64,000 nucleotides of DNA from the human T2T-CHM13v2.0 reference genome, Homo sapiens: assembly GCF_009914755.1 (NCBI RefSeq), contig NC_060936.1. One strand, given 5' to 3'. The notes beneath the pieces were generated by a model that was given only the letters and a program-made list of their open reading frames with translations, did not search any database and had not been told where the DNA came from. Below are positions 30,893-44,658 of the stretch, piece by piece. How positions within the stretch are numbered: position 1 is the stretch's first letter; the number at the start of each line of letters is the position of its first letter. The position numbers and the translations under genes are program-made.

Positions 30893-31026
30893 CTAATTTA
30901 CACAACGTATCGCTGAGGCTGATGCTCAGTTGCTTCCTGAGGAGTGAGGACTTGGCCAGAGTTTCTGCATTTTCCTTTATTTTTATCACTTGTTTATAAT
31001 ATTTAAGTACTTGCTTCCTTTGGGAT
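30893..31026 (-). pseudogene. TTC41P: TTC41P exon H (134 nt, phase 2-1): SQRKQVLKYYKQVIKIKENAETLAKSSLLRKQLSISLSDTLCKL
   Basis: Acceptor tttctcttttctag|A, donor TTAG|GTAATC, TPR-like. Confidence 0.85.
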
Positions 31027-31701
31027 CTAGAAAAGAGAAATTTAATTAAAGTTTGCATCAAAGAAGGCTGGCATGCATTCGTTCATTCATTCAACAAACA
31101 TTTACTGAATGCTGGTGCTAGGGCTGGGGAGCAAAGATGAGTATGACTAACCCTTGCCCTCTGAGAATTTCTTTGAGGTAGGAGGGGAGACTGGAGAGCA
31201 AAGCAGGAGTCCACCCACAAAGGACCTTGAGTGCAAACCTAAGGATTTTGACTTTAACGTGAAGAGTTTTCATTAAGAACCTGATATGATCAAATGTACA
31301 TTTTAGAATCTGCCTGGGCAGAAGTGTGGAGGACACACTGAAACAGGTGAGGCCACAGACAGGGAGACCAGTTAGGCCGGAGGAAGAAGATCGATGAAGG
31401 TCTGAGCTGACACAGTGGCCACAGGTGCGAAGGGAGATTTACTAGGGCGTGGTGTTGCACTGGATGTGGTGGTGCTGATGCTAGGGGTGCTGGGGGGCTG
31501 CTATTTGTGCAGAGAGTGATGTGGTTAAGAGCTCAAGCTCTAAAGTCAGGCAGATGTGGCAGTGGGCCACAGAGGTCAGGCTCAGCGGCTCTTCAATCAG
31601 ACTTCCCAGGTGCTAACACTAGCCCCGCCACCTAAGAGCTGGGGAACAAGCATCTCAGCCTCCTAAGCCTCAACTTTCTCATGTTCAAAATGGGGATAAT
31701 A

Positions 31702-31870
31702 GGCCGGGCGCAGTACTTCATGCCTGTAATCCCAACACTTTGGAAGGCCGAGGCGGGAAGATCACTTGAAGCCAGGAGTTCAAGGCTGCAGTGAGCTAGG
31801 ATCACACCACCACACTCCCACCTGGATGAGAGAGCAAGACCCTGTCTCAAAAAAAAAAAAAAAAAAAATA
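31702..31870 (+). mobile_element. Monomer-length Alu (FAM/FRAM-like or internally deleted) inside a MIR
   Basis: Left-arm start joined directly to right-arm end plus poly-A. Confidence 0.85.
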
Positions 31871-34421
31871 CAGATAACAGAGTTGTTATGGGGATTAAAT
31901 GAGAAAATCAGTGTAATGTGTCAGCACAGTGACTGATGATAAACATTGCTAAGATGTATCGTTAAGATGATGCCATGGTGTCTGCACCAAGTGAGGTGGG
32001 AGAAGGAGAATTCCGTCAGGGGGTGAGGGTGTATGTGTCCAGTCTTGAGCACATTGACTCTGGGGTGCCAGTGGAATACTCAAGTGAGGATGTCCAGTAA
32101 ACAGATGAAAGCATATGGCTGCTGCTGCTAACAGAGGCCTGAGAAGATGGAGACAAAGAGCACTCACCTTACGGAACAGCAGCTGAAGACCTGGGTCCTG
32201 GTGGGGCTGATGTGCTCCATCTGAGACTAGCATAGAGCCCAGGAACCAAACTCAAGAGGATGCTGATGTTTGGGCAAGAGGCAGGGAGAGAAAAGGAACC
32301 CACAAAAGAAGCTGAGTCGGCTTGATCACCCAGGAGAGTACAGTTTCAACTCTGTCAAATGCTTGCGAGGAGAGGGCCAACAAGGTCAAAAGTGCCGAGG
32401 ACACTTTGGGGTTGTTTCTGATGACTTTCATAAGAGGAGACAAAACGGAGCTGGGTAAGGGAAGAAGTTCCTGGGCTCTATGCTCGTCTCAGATTGAGCG
32501 CATTAGCCCCACCGGGGCCCAGGGCTTCAGCTGCCATTCCATAAGGTGACTGTGCCAAGGATGCTGACCGAAGGATAACTACAGATGGATGGGCAAATGG
32601 TTGGGGGAAAGTAGATGACAATCATTTCACTAAGAATCTGTCACTGTTCCTCTTAAAACATTTTGTTCACTCTTCTCTGATCTGCTTTCTTAACTTTAAT
32701 TTTTTAATTTGACCTCATTTGTCCAACCCTACCCAGACCCCTTCTACAAGGCCCTCAGGATCCCATGGATCACTTCTGTGGTGCATGAGTGCTGTCTCGA
32801 GGGCCCCTGGCCACCAGGGCAAAGGGTCTACACGTGCTTGAGAGGTGAGTCAAGTTACACAACAAAATGTCTCCTGGTTTGAACCAAAGTGAAAGACACA
32901 GTCACCTAAGGATAACCTTCAACAAGGAGATGGCTGGCTACTCCGTTGTTTCGAAGGTTGGCTGTTGACAGTGAGGCCTGGAGGAAGCCATCCATGTATG
33001 GTCATCAAGGCTGGCCGGGCAGTACTCGGTGTCTTGTGATTTGGGGTGGGGCAGCCAGGCAGGACAGATGACTCAGTCAGTATGCTACGTGTTTAGATTT
33101 TTCTTTTACGAGGCAACGGTTCTACAGTCAAGCTTTTTGCTTCTGTAAAGAAAGTCCTGTTCTCTGCTCACAGTGCTGGTCTTAACATGAGTAAGAGGAG
33201 GCGTATGTGGTATCAAGTGCCTCAAAAAACACCTGCTGGGGAGCAAAATAATAAAATATGAATGACTCAATTTATCAAACTCTTTTAGTGTGTGCCAGGT
33301 TTTCTGCTAAGCTCTTTACATATAGGATCTCTTAATCCTTACAAAGATCCTGCCAGGAAGACACTGTTACTTCCTTCATTTTACCAAGGAGAAAATGAAT
33401 GAGATACCAAGATGTTAAGTGCTTGACCTTAACAGCAATTTCTCACTGTTACTAAGTGGCAGAAATGAAAGGTGAACTCAGGCAATCAGACTCCACAGCC
33501 CACCATCTCACCACTACTGTATAGCACCCACTGTTGTACCCTTAGGTCCTCCCTTAATTGGGCTACTCTTTAAAAGGTAGTTACCCTTTAAATGCCTTTT
33601 AGAAAGGGTTAATACTGATTTGCACTCAAGTGTTAAGAGATGACCAATATCCTAGTCTTCCTGGAAGCAAAAGCAACAAGAGGTCACCTGCCTGGTTGGA
33701 GGAAAATGACTTGGAGGAACGTGGGAAATGGAAATGGAAAAGCAAGCCAGGGAACAGGGAATCCTCACCTTATGGAATAGCAGCTGAAGCCCTGGGCCCT
33801 GGTGGGGCTGATGTGCTCCGTCTGAGACAAACATAGAGCCCAGGAAACGAACTCAGTGACAGTAGGAAAGAGGGGCTACCAAAACAAAACTTCCCAACTT
33901 CATAATGTAGCCTAGAGCATCCCTAACCATCCACACAGCTAAATCGGCTATGGAAGCAAGTGTGTGCATGGCTGTCTGTGGGTTCACAAAGAACCTTCTC
34001 TCATAGCAACCTGCCAAGAGAAGTAGCGGTCAGCCCTGGAAGATGCTCACACTCAGTCAGTCTGGAGGGTGGCACCTACAAGTGTATTTTAAACTGAGAT
34101 GTCTTGTGTGAGGCACTGAGGGGAACCCCGCACATCACAGGAGAATAAGAGGACTCCCTGAGCAAGGAGAGGTGGCTGGTGAACATGACCTGAGGCATTG
34201 GAGGCTCTGGCCTAGGTCTTGCAGAATAGAGAGCAGGATGGTGTGGTACCACAGACAACGGCCATGGCTGAGGGCTGCATAGAGACCCAGAAGTAAGAGC
34301 ATCTTCCTCACAAGGCCTATGAGTGGCACTGGGAACCACTCACAACCACATTGTACTCCTATGTCATTTCTCTACTGCCAGAACCTCCTCACCACTTGTG
34401 AGCCAAGAGCTCCTTTTACTA

Positions 34422-34716
34422 TTTTTTTTTTTGAAACGGGAGTCTTGCTCTGTCGCCCAGGCTGGAGTGCAGTGGCACGATCTCAGCTCACTGCAACTCC
34501 ACCTCCCAGGTACAAGTAATTCTCCTGCCTCAGCCTCCCAAGTAGCTGCGACCACAGGCACACGCCACCATGCCCAGCTAATTTTTGTATTTTTAGTAGA
34601 GATGGGATTTCATCATGTTGGCCAGGCTGGTCTCAAACTCCTGACCACAAGTGATCTGCCTGCATCAGCCTCACAAAGTGCTGGGATTAACAGGTGTGAG
34701 CCACCATGCCCAGCCC
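34422..34716 (-). mobile_element. Alu with TSD aagagctcctttt
   Basis: Reverse Alu consensus with a flanking direct repeat. Confidence 0.95.
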
Positions 34717-34900
34717 AAGAGCTCCTTTTGAATACATTATGGTGGGGTGAATCCCCAGGCTTCTGAGCAGGGCTGGAGCCAAAGAAGTATTACAAGAGTT
34801 ACCCCTGATGAGTAACCCCAGACCTCCCTGCCACTGGTAGGGGCACTTTTGGCGGGGAGACAGGAAGACACACTTCTTGAAACATTTCATAAAAACTTAC

Positions 34901-35053
34901 TTTTTACTATCTCTCTGGGGAAAAAATAGCAAATCCGCTAAAAATTCCATAACTTCTCCAACCAGCATGTTTTTCTTGCCAAACAAGCTTTTCCTGATAT
35001 TTAAGCACTCTCGAAGTTTCATTTTTGCAAGAGAGGTATTTCCAGCAACGAAC
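34901..35053 (-). pseudogene. TTC41P: TTC41P exon G (153 nt, phase 2-2): FVAGNTSLAKMKLRECLNIRKSLFGKKNMLVGEVMEFLADLLFFPQRDSK
   Basis: Acceptor ttttattttcag|G, donor AA|GTAAGT. The L-x-I-R-x-x-L-F-G pattern is a KLC/NPHP3-type long TPR. Confidence 0.87.
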
Positions 35054-35259
35054 CTGAAAATAAAAACACATGTGCATTTTTTACTGGGCATGTTGGTTAC
35101 ATTCATTGTGCAATCAAACATAATTCTCATAAACATATTGGATTTTATATAAAAAATCTGTCCTGGAAAATATAAAAAAGAGCAATTTATAATAGCAGCG
35201 AGGCGAGAACTTCAAAGTGATTTGTAAGAAATTTGCACATCTTTATAAAGAAACTAGAG

Positions 35260-35548
35260 AGCTGGGTGTGGTGGCTGCTGCCTGTAATCCCAGTTACTCA
35301 GGAAGCTGATGCAGGAGGATTGCTTGAGGCCAGGAGTTCAAGATCAGCCTGGGCAACATAGCAAGACCCCATCTCTAAAAAAATAATAAATCAATAAATA
35401 AGCCAGGCATGGTAGTGCATACCTGTAGTCCCAGCTACTTGGGAGGCTAAGGCAAGAGGATCGCTTGAGCCCTGTTCAGTGAGCTATGATTGCACCACTG
35501 CAAACAAGCCTGGGTGACAGAGCAAGATCCCTGACTCTTAAAAAAAAA
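35260..35548 (+). mobile_element. AluJ
   Basis: Alu consensus. Confidence 0.93.
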
Positions 35549-35561
35549 TTTAAACACTAGA

Positions 35562-35782
35562 GCACTATTTTCACCCTCAGCACTACTGACATTTAGGCTG
35601 GATAAATCTTTGTTGTGGGGGGCTGTCCTGTGCATTGTGTGATGTTTAGCAGCGTCCCTGGCCCCTACGTACTAGACGCCAATAATAATCCCCCAAGACA
35701 TGACAACAAAAATGTCTGCAGGCATTGCCAAAAGTCCCCTAGGTGGGAAAGGGCCCAAAATTGCCCCTGGCTGAGAACCACT
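35562..35782. mobile_element. MER20
   Basis: MER20 consensus-like, ending 'gctgagaaccact'. Confidence 0.8.
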
Positions 35783-35926
35783 AAGCTAGAGAATAAAAAC
35801 GTTAACCATCAGCATTTCTTAACTAAATCAGTTAGGAAATGGATGAACAGGTATAGGTTAAATATCTTAATTGAAAGAATAAAAGCTAGTACAGAAAACA
35901 AAAAAAAATTTTTAATACATGTTTAC

Positions 35927-36074
35927 ATTAGAACACCTTCGATGTATTTCATGGTAGCTTGATCACGGGGATTGTTATCCAGTAAGTTGGAAATTTCAGT
36001 TGCATATTCCAAAATGTGGTTTTCTTTTAAGTATTCTTCAGATGCTGACTTTGCCAGATTGTCCAAAACTCTGA
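35927..36074 (-). pseudogene. TTC41P: TTC41P exon F (148 nt, phase 1-2): RVLDNLAKSASEEYLKENHILEYATEISNLLDNNPRDQATMKYIEGVL
   Basis: Acceptor attccctgcag|T, donor AT|GTAAAC, phases match both neighbours. Confidence 0.83.
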
Positions 36075-36657
36075 CTGCAGGGAATAAATTGGCAAAGAAT
36101 ATAATGCTTAAGGGTTTTCTTTTTTCCACAAAAGAATTAAGATGTCAATAGGCATGGCATTTAATATCATTTCATCACTGGCAATAGGCAGGTTTTTCTT
36201 AATAAATAAACTACTGACATATACTGCATGGAGGTTGGTTTTCACGTGACATGTTTGTGTATGCACAGCAGTTTAGAGCCAAGGAGCCAAGACAATAGAT
36301 TGAAACCAAATTCTGAGTTTGTTTGCAAATGAACAGGTCAGAAATAGAGTGAAAATATGGATACAATGAAGCCAAGGTAACTGAGCCCTACAGAAGGCAG
36401 CCAGTACAGTCCTGCAATAAGACACAATAAAACTATACAGCCTTATAACAAGAAGCACACGAATGAGTCTCACAAACCCAATTAATAAATAATGGGTTGT
36501 ACCTAGATATGCACTGCCTTGGGAATGCACTCTCTGCAAAGGCCCCGTAATTTTGTTCCTTTATTGAGAGTTAAATATTTTGACAATAATACAGACTCCT
36601 AAAGAGTAGAAAATGGTTTTTAAGCCACACTTTGTTATGGGAAGAGAAAAAAAAAAT

Positions 36658-37070
36658 TGTTTGGGCTGAATTGAGTTCCCTCAAAATTTGTATGTTGAAG
36701 TCCTAACCCCTAGTATCTCAGAATGTGATAGTATTTGCAAATAAGGTCCTTAAAGAAGTAAGTTAAAATGAGGTCATTAGGGTGGGCCCTAATCCAATAT
36801 GATGGGTATCCTTAGAAGAAAAGGAGATAAGGATGGACACACATACATACATATGCCGAGAAAAAACCATATGAGGACACAGGGAGAAGGCAGTCATCTG
36901 CAAACCAAAGAGAGAGGTCTCAGGAGAAAAACAAAACAAAACAAAAAAACCCTGCTGACACCTTGACCTTGGACTTCTGGCCTCCAGAACTTTGAGAAAT
37001 GAGTTGCTATTGTTTATGCCACCCAGGCTGCAGTCCACTGATTGTTATGGCAGCTCTAGCAGACTCATAG
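36658..37070 (+). mobile_element. MLT1A/B-type MaLR LTR
   Basis: 'gggctgaattgagttccctcaaaatttgtatgttgaagtcctaacccc...ggcagctctagcagact'. Confidence 0.8.
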
Positions 37071-39736
37071 AATAATGTTCCAAGAAGGTGTTATTAGAGC
37101 ATTGCTGGCAGCACAGAAGAGCAGATTTAACTCCTTGTGCTATGGAATTCAGGCTTCATTAAGAAGGATTAGCATTAAGCTATCAAGTAGCATCTCTTGC
37201 CATCATCAGTAGTGCCTAATTCATTGCCCAATGCCCACTGTAGGCTTCTCTGTCTTCCTCCACCCAAGGCCTCATGCCTTGCACTTGGACACCAGGGCAG
37301 GACAGTCATGTAACTGGTCTCTCTGTGTCCACTCTTACCCAACATGTAATCCATTCTCCATGCAGCAGCAAAAGTGTTCTCAAGACAGAAATCAGAGGTG
37401 TCATCCCCACCCTAAGTCCCCGCAATGGCTTCCTTTTGCACTTAGAATAAAATCTAAATGCCTGCCTGAGGCCCGAAGCCCAAGACCCTGCACAATTGGG
37501 GTCCAGCTGCCTCCTGCTCTTTGCTCACTGAGGCTTCCTTCCACTTCTAGGACAGGCCCAGCCCTCCCCCATCTCATGCTCTTCCCTCTACCAGGACTGC
37601 CCCCTCTCTCACCACTTGTGGCTCCAATAGTCCACTGGGTCTCAGCTTCACTGTCTCCTCCCCAAAGAGGCATCTTGATCTGCCTTTCACAAATATTCCC
37701 CCCACCAACACACACACACACCAATGCTCTAGCTCTATTTCTTGTTTGCATTTATGACAGCTTGCAATCATTTCATGGGTTGGCTCACTTCTATTTTCTG
37801 TGGCACTTCCTTTAGAGGGTAGAGTTGGTGCTCCTGCCTAGACCACTTTTCTGGACTCAGCATAGCACCTGGTGCATGCAGGCACTCGGTAAACAGCTCT
37901 TGAGTGCGTGAATGCTGGTCAGGGTGGAATCCTCGGTCCCACCTCTTCATCTGCTTGCTCAAGCCATAAGCCCACACCTAACCCTTGTCAGGGGACCAGA
38001 ACTACAGCATGCTCCTATCAAAGCTGCCACAAATGACTTCCTGGCATCCCATTTCACCAGGTCCCCACTCCCCTACCCCTGCTGATTTGGTCTCCTTGGA
38101 AAATTAACACATATATATACCAAGCCATGGTGGCCTGACCCCTTGAAACTCTGCATTTTGGACTCTTCAGCTGCCTCTGGAGGGCCAGGCCCAGCTCCCA
38201 CATAAGTGGCCCTGATTGTCACTGTGCCATATAAGTGGCCCTGTTTGCCACCAAGGTCCCAGCATACCTGTGACCAGGCTTGCCTGCATTAGGACAACAA
38301 CGTGGAAGCTAGACTCTATATACCAAGGATTAGAGCTTCATAAATGTCTAGAAGAAATTCTGTACAACAAGGAGTTGCCCAGACATGCTCTGATGTCAGA
38401 CAGCCTAGCTTGGACTCTCAGCTTCAGATTGATAGCTTCAGGAGCTGATGTAGTTTAAGTTATTTAATCTCTCTGACATTCAGCTATACATGCTGTATGA
38501 GGTATGTTTGAGGATAAAAGAGATCATCAGCATAAAGCACACAGTAAGCACTCAATGAATGATAACTATCACTACCAAAGTGAACTTGCAGATGAGAAAC
38601 TTAGAGAGGGTAAGTAGCTTGCCCAAGGCGACGTTTGATCTTCTAGCCATGGGACAGAATTGCCCGAGGCGACCTTTGATCTTCTAGCCATGGGGCAGAT
38701 TTCAGAAACAGCTGCGATTCTCTACACTAGTCCTTACCCAACTACCTTTTGCCATGCTATGCTACTCTGTACTTCCTCCTATCAAGAGGTGGAAACAGCC
38801 TGGTGACTTGCTTTGGCCAAATGAATGCGGTGGTAAGAGGCATTGTACCAGTTCTGAGCCTAAGTCTAGGCTTCTGCTCTCCCTCTTGGAATCCTGTGAG
38901 CTGCCAAGTGAGGAGGACCAGGCTGTCCTCCTGGAGGATGAGGAACACATGGTCCAGCCACCACTGTCATCCCAGCCAGACAACCACCAGACAACTAAGT
39001 AAGGTTGGACCAGCCAGCCCCATCAGCCCTGCCAGCTGACCTCAGATGCTTGCCCGGGCCAAGCCCAAATCCGTTGAGCCCATCCTGGACCAGTGGAATC
39101 CCCCAGCTGACCTACAGGCTCATGGCAAATATAAACATTGTTTTAAGCCACAGAGTTTTGGGATGGTTTTTTATGCAACAAAATCTAATTGATACAGCCA
39201 TGTAAGTGTGACACACGTCTAGAGACCTCTAGTATGACTGTAAATGAGTGAGTCAAAATTTCTTAATACCTTAATCCACTAAACATTCTTTGTCTCTGCT
39301 ATATCAGTGGTATCACAGTGGCCTCAGGCATCAAATACTGGAGAATAAAACATTGGCTGCCATTCATCAATTAGTACCTACTTATGTGCCAGGCACCATT
39401 CTCTGTGCTTTCCAGCTTTTAGTCTCACAACATAGCATCCATATGTAATGTGGATGCTATTTTTATCCCTACCTTATAAATATAAAAACTGTGACCCAGA
39501 AAGTTTAAGTAACGTCTCTAAAGGCACAGAGAGCTAATAAGTGAAGAAAAGGGGTTTAAACCCAGAAAAGCTGGTTTCAGAGTTGAACCATGATGCCGCC
39601 ACCTTACTGCTTGAAGCTTCCTTCTCTGAAGCTCACCCTAACAGACAATGACATTCTAATAGGGTGGTCCATCAGAATCAGGAACACTTTATGTTCAATC
39701 CTCACATACCCACCAGCCCTCCAAAAACACCAAGTA

Positions 39737-40334
<598 letters not shown>

Positions 40335-40532
40335 CTGTACAAAATGAAAAGGGAACCACCCCTGAGAAAACACAGCATTAGGATACATACAGATACCAGA
40401 TACCTACCCAACAAAGGCTTATTCATAATGACATTGAAAAAGACTGTATGCTTTACATCATTTCTTAGGAAATTCTAAATATATATATAAGATAATGGTT
40501 ATGGTGAAAGATGTATTGGGAGGCATTGCAAA

Positions 40533-40673
40533 CCCAGTTAATGTTTGTATTTTTAGTAGAGACAGGGTTTCACTGTGGTTGGCCAGGCTGGTATCGAACT
40601 CCTGACCTCAAGTGATCCGCCCGCCTCGGCCTCCCAAAGTGCTGGGATTACAGGCATGAGCCACCGTGCCCAG
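40533..40673 (-). mobile_element. Partial Alu (left arm)
   Basis: Reverse Alu left-arm consensus. Confidence 0.9.
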
Positions 40674-40884
40674 TGGAAATAAAAAATTTTAAAGAATAAC
40701 GTGACAATGTCTTGCATGTGTTAAAGATTTCAGAGGAGGTGGTATCCAGAATTCAAATGAATAGCTGTGAACGCTGCTTGAATTCAAATGTGACCAGAGA
40801 GCAGCTAACTTTATGTTTGACACATTTGTGCACAGAGACTTGAATTTAAATTCCCCTTACTGGTCTAGCATATTTATTTCAGGA

Positions 40885-41271
40885 TGTAGGGGCCAAGGAA
40901 AAACTTATCCTTTACCCTCTGAAGTTTCGCCGAAAAAATCAACTGACAAAAGGCAGATTAATAGGAGAAATGGCATACACATTTGTTAGCACGCACAGTG
41001 GGGAATTATAGAATACAGACATTTTTATACCCTGCCTCTCAGGAGAAGGGAGATGGGGAAGTAAAGATAATTTTAGGGGGGGTAGTAAATTATTTTTAGG
41101 TGAATTCAATGACCCAGCGCACCACCATGCTCAGCTAATTTTTGTACTTTTAGTAGAGATGGGGTTTCACCATGTTGGCCAGGCTGGTCTTGAACTCCTG
41201 ACCTCAAGTGATCCATCTACCTCAGCCTCCCTAAGTGCTGGGATTACAGGCATGAGCCACCACACCCAGCC
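40885..41271. mobile_element. MER4-group ERV1 LTR fragment (about 40885-41112) abutting a partial reverse Alu (about 41113-41271)
   Basis: 'aaaaatcaactgacaaaaggcagattaataggagaaa' followed directly by Alu mid-section. Confidence 0.6.
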
Positions 41272-41306
41272 CCAGAGATCAATTTTTAATAAACATATCA
41301 CCTAAA

Positions 41307-41518
41307 TCAGGGTTTCTCAACCTGGGTACCACTGGCATTTTGGGCAGGATAACCCTGCACTGTGAGGAACTATGCTCTATGGGATGTTCAGCAGCACCTC
41401 TGGCCTACCCACTGGATGCCAGTAGCAACTCTCCCCCAAGCTATGACAACCAAAAATGTCTCCAGCCCTGCCAAATGTTCCCTGGGGACCAAAATTGTCC
41501 CCTAGTTGAAAACCACTG
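41307..41518. mobile_element. MER20
   Basis: 'cagggtttctcaacctggg...gttgaaaaccactg'. Confidence 0.8.
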
Positions 41519-42920
41519 GATTAAATTTTAAAATGACCTTATCTGAAGAAATTATAAAAGCAGTACAGTACAGAATGCATATATCACAAATAACAAGATC
41601 TTTCCCCTCAAGAATGTTAGTTTGCTATAACAAGCGACGACCACCCAAAAAGAATATCAGGTACATAACAATGCATTTCTCAGAACAGATTTCTGTTGTT
41701 AAGTGATGTACGACTATATTTACATAGCATTAATATTCTTTACTAGCTCTTAAGACAGTTTGTAATTATATATTGATTTGAATAATCATTGGACTAATGT
41801 CTTATTAATAGTTATTTCTCCCAAATGACTGCAAGCTGCCTGAGGGGAGAAATCATGTTTGATTCTTGCTATTGTATCCCTGGAGCTGGGTTATGTATGA
41901 TGAAGCCTCTATAAATATTTTGATCTCCATTTACACAGCATTAGAGAGGTTCAGTTACCACTTCAAAAGCGAAGTAATGTTAAAAATGAAATATGCCAAA
42001 CTTGATTTGTATTAAAAATAACCTGTTAGAAACCAAAAAAAAAAAAAAAAGAATGTCAGGCACATATTTCAAAGAAGTTGTTATTGCCCAAAATAGTCAT
42101 AAAACCTCTTTTGGAAGTGCCTTCAGAGCCTAAAAACATTCTTTTAATAGTCTTCATGGTGGCTAGTCCCAAAGAACTGCTGCAAAAATATTTTGAAGAT
42201 AGAATCATAAGATTGATGCCTCCAGAAGGAGCACTCTGAAGTGGGAAGTTCTCTTAAAAGCTTAAATCAAACTCCCTTATATTTCTCACCTAGGCCTCAT
42301 TTGCTTCATTACTCAAAGACAGTGACAACAAAATAGCTACCATACTTAAGATCTTACTGTGTGCCAGACATTATGTGAAGTGCTTTATGCACCTTCTTAC
42401 TTGACCATGTTAACAGTCCCTTGAGATAGATATTAGAATCCTCAAAAATGAGAACTCACCAAAGCGCAGGTTAAAATTCCTACCAAGATCACACAAGCAG
42501 AAAGTGGCAAAACTGGGATTGAAATCTGGGTCAGTATGAAAACAGCCCATGCTCTGTTCACAATTGCATGCCACCTTCTAAGGGCATGGAGGAACCTGCC
42601 AGTTCAAATTGATTTATAGATTCACTTCTGACAGTTATTAAGCACCCACAGGCTATAATATGCCATGGAGGAACAAAAATTGATAAACAAACATGGTCTC
42701 TGCCATAAAAGGACTTTCATTGCTGAGTCTTTTAAGTCTCTTTACTAGAACTCCTTCTAGAAAGACATATGTTGATGGCGACGAGGGCAGTGTTTTACGA
42801 AAGTTTAAATGTCTTTGTTTTAAAATAAAAACAGCTTTGTCTTGAGTTAGACTACCCTAAATCCACAAATTCTACTAAAATCAGTGAAAGTTAATACTTA
42901 AAAAAAAAAAATAGCAGTTA

Positions 42921-43244
<324 letters not shown>

Positions 43245-43387
43245 TCATCATAAGCATATAGTTGTTATGAGTTATGTTATGTTATGAGTGATGCTTTCAT
43301 TGTAGTCAACAAAGCCAAAAGTTCATATTTCAGAAAAAGCAAATCAATATAGGGCCAAGACATCAATCAACCTTCCCCAATCTCTCT

Positions 43388-43689
<302 letters not shown>

Positions 43690-44039
43690 TCCCAACATCT
43701 TTATGAAACTTATAACCAAGTCTTTGGCTAGTCTTTTATTAATTCATTTCAATCTACCAGTGTATTTCCATTTTTGCTTCATGAACATTTCTTTTTTTTT
43801 TCCGAAGTGTCAACTATCAGTACTCATTCATTCTATAATGATTCCTATCTACTTATTGTTTGTTGTCATTAATGTGCAGTTTGGGCATGGGTTAAAATCA
43901 TAGCTTCCTCATTGGCGAACAAAATGGATTCCTCTATGGCATTAAATTAATTTTACATGAACAAAGGTAAATAATATCTGAAAATATCTAACACAAAAGG
44001 AATAAAGTTTGAAGGATTTAAAATATACTCTCAGTTTAC

Positions 44040-44179
44040 CTGTACTAACATGTCCTCAACACTCAAGAACAACTCTTCTGCTTCATTGGTCTTGCCCATA
44101 AACTTCAAAAAACTCCCAATAAAGAACATTAATCGACATTTGTCAAGGACAGTAAGTTCAATAAGCCTGCACTGCAGCA
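44040..44179 (-). pseudogene. TTC41P: TTC41P exon D (140 nt, phase 1-0): LQCRLIELTVLDKCRLMFFIGSFLKFMGKTNEAEELFLSVEDMLVQ
   Basis: Acceptor ttttctttccattctag|T, donor CAG|GTAAAC, TPR-like helix pair. Confidence 0.85.
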
Positions 44180-44592
44180 CTAGAATGGAAAGAAAAGTAA
44201 ATAATCCCACAGCATGTTTGGAAAAGAACAAAGAGTACCCATTGCTTAATCTTAATATTGATATAGAAGTTAAATGCATTAGCCATAGTTCAGGTTCTCT
44301 CTCAAGGGTTCAGCACTTTGCTTGTATTAAGATTTACATATAATGCCAAACAGTTTATACTATGACATGAAAAATAACTAATAATCTTTGTATGTAAATG
44401 TTGAAAACTAGTCAAAAAAGAGTATTTATAGCTCAATCCATGCATTGCTCTAATTTGTATTTTGGGGTGATTTTCAGATAAGAAGAAAAAGATATTTAAA
44501 TTTCTTACACCATTCTGCCCTCTGTTGCAACTATCTTGAACTGCTGGCTTTAACAGAAAGAAAATCCTAAAAGAACAAAATAAGGAGACATA

Positions 44593-44594
<2 letters not shown>

Positions 44595-44656
<62 letters not shown>
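44595..44656. repeat. (GT)31 microsatellite
   Basis: Perfect dinucleotide run. Confidence 0.98.

Positions 44657-44658
<2 letters not shown>

Noticed and set aside
35101-35162. Apparent extra exon (ttttccag|...|gtaacc) upstream of exon G
   Set aside because: It would leave an intron under 50 nt, and exons F and G already join in phase.
37231-37815. 194-aa ORF, and ORFs at 52688-53689
   Set aside because: They fall in decayed L2-like sequence, with no splice or domain support.
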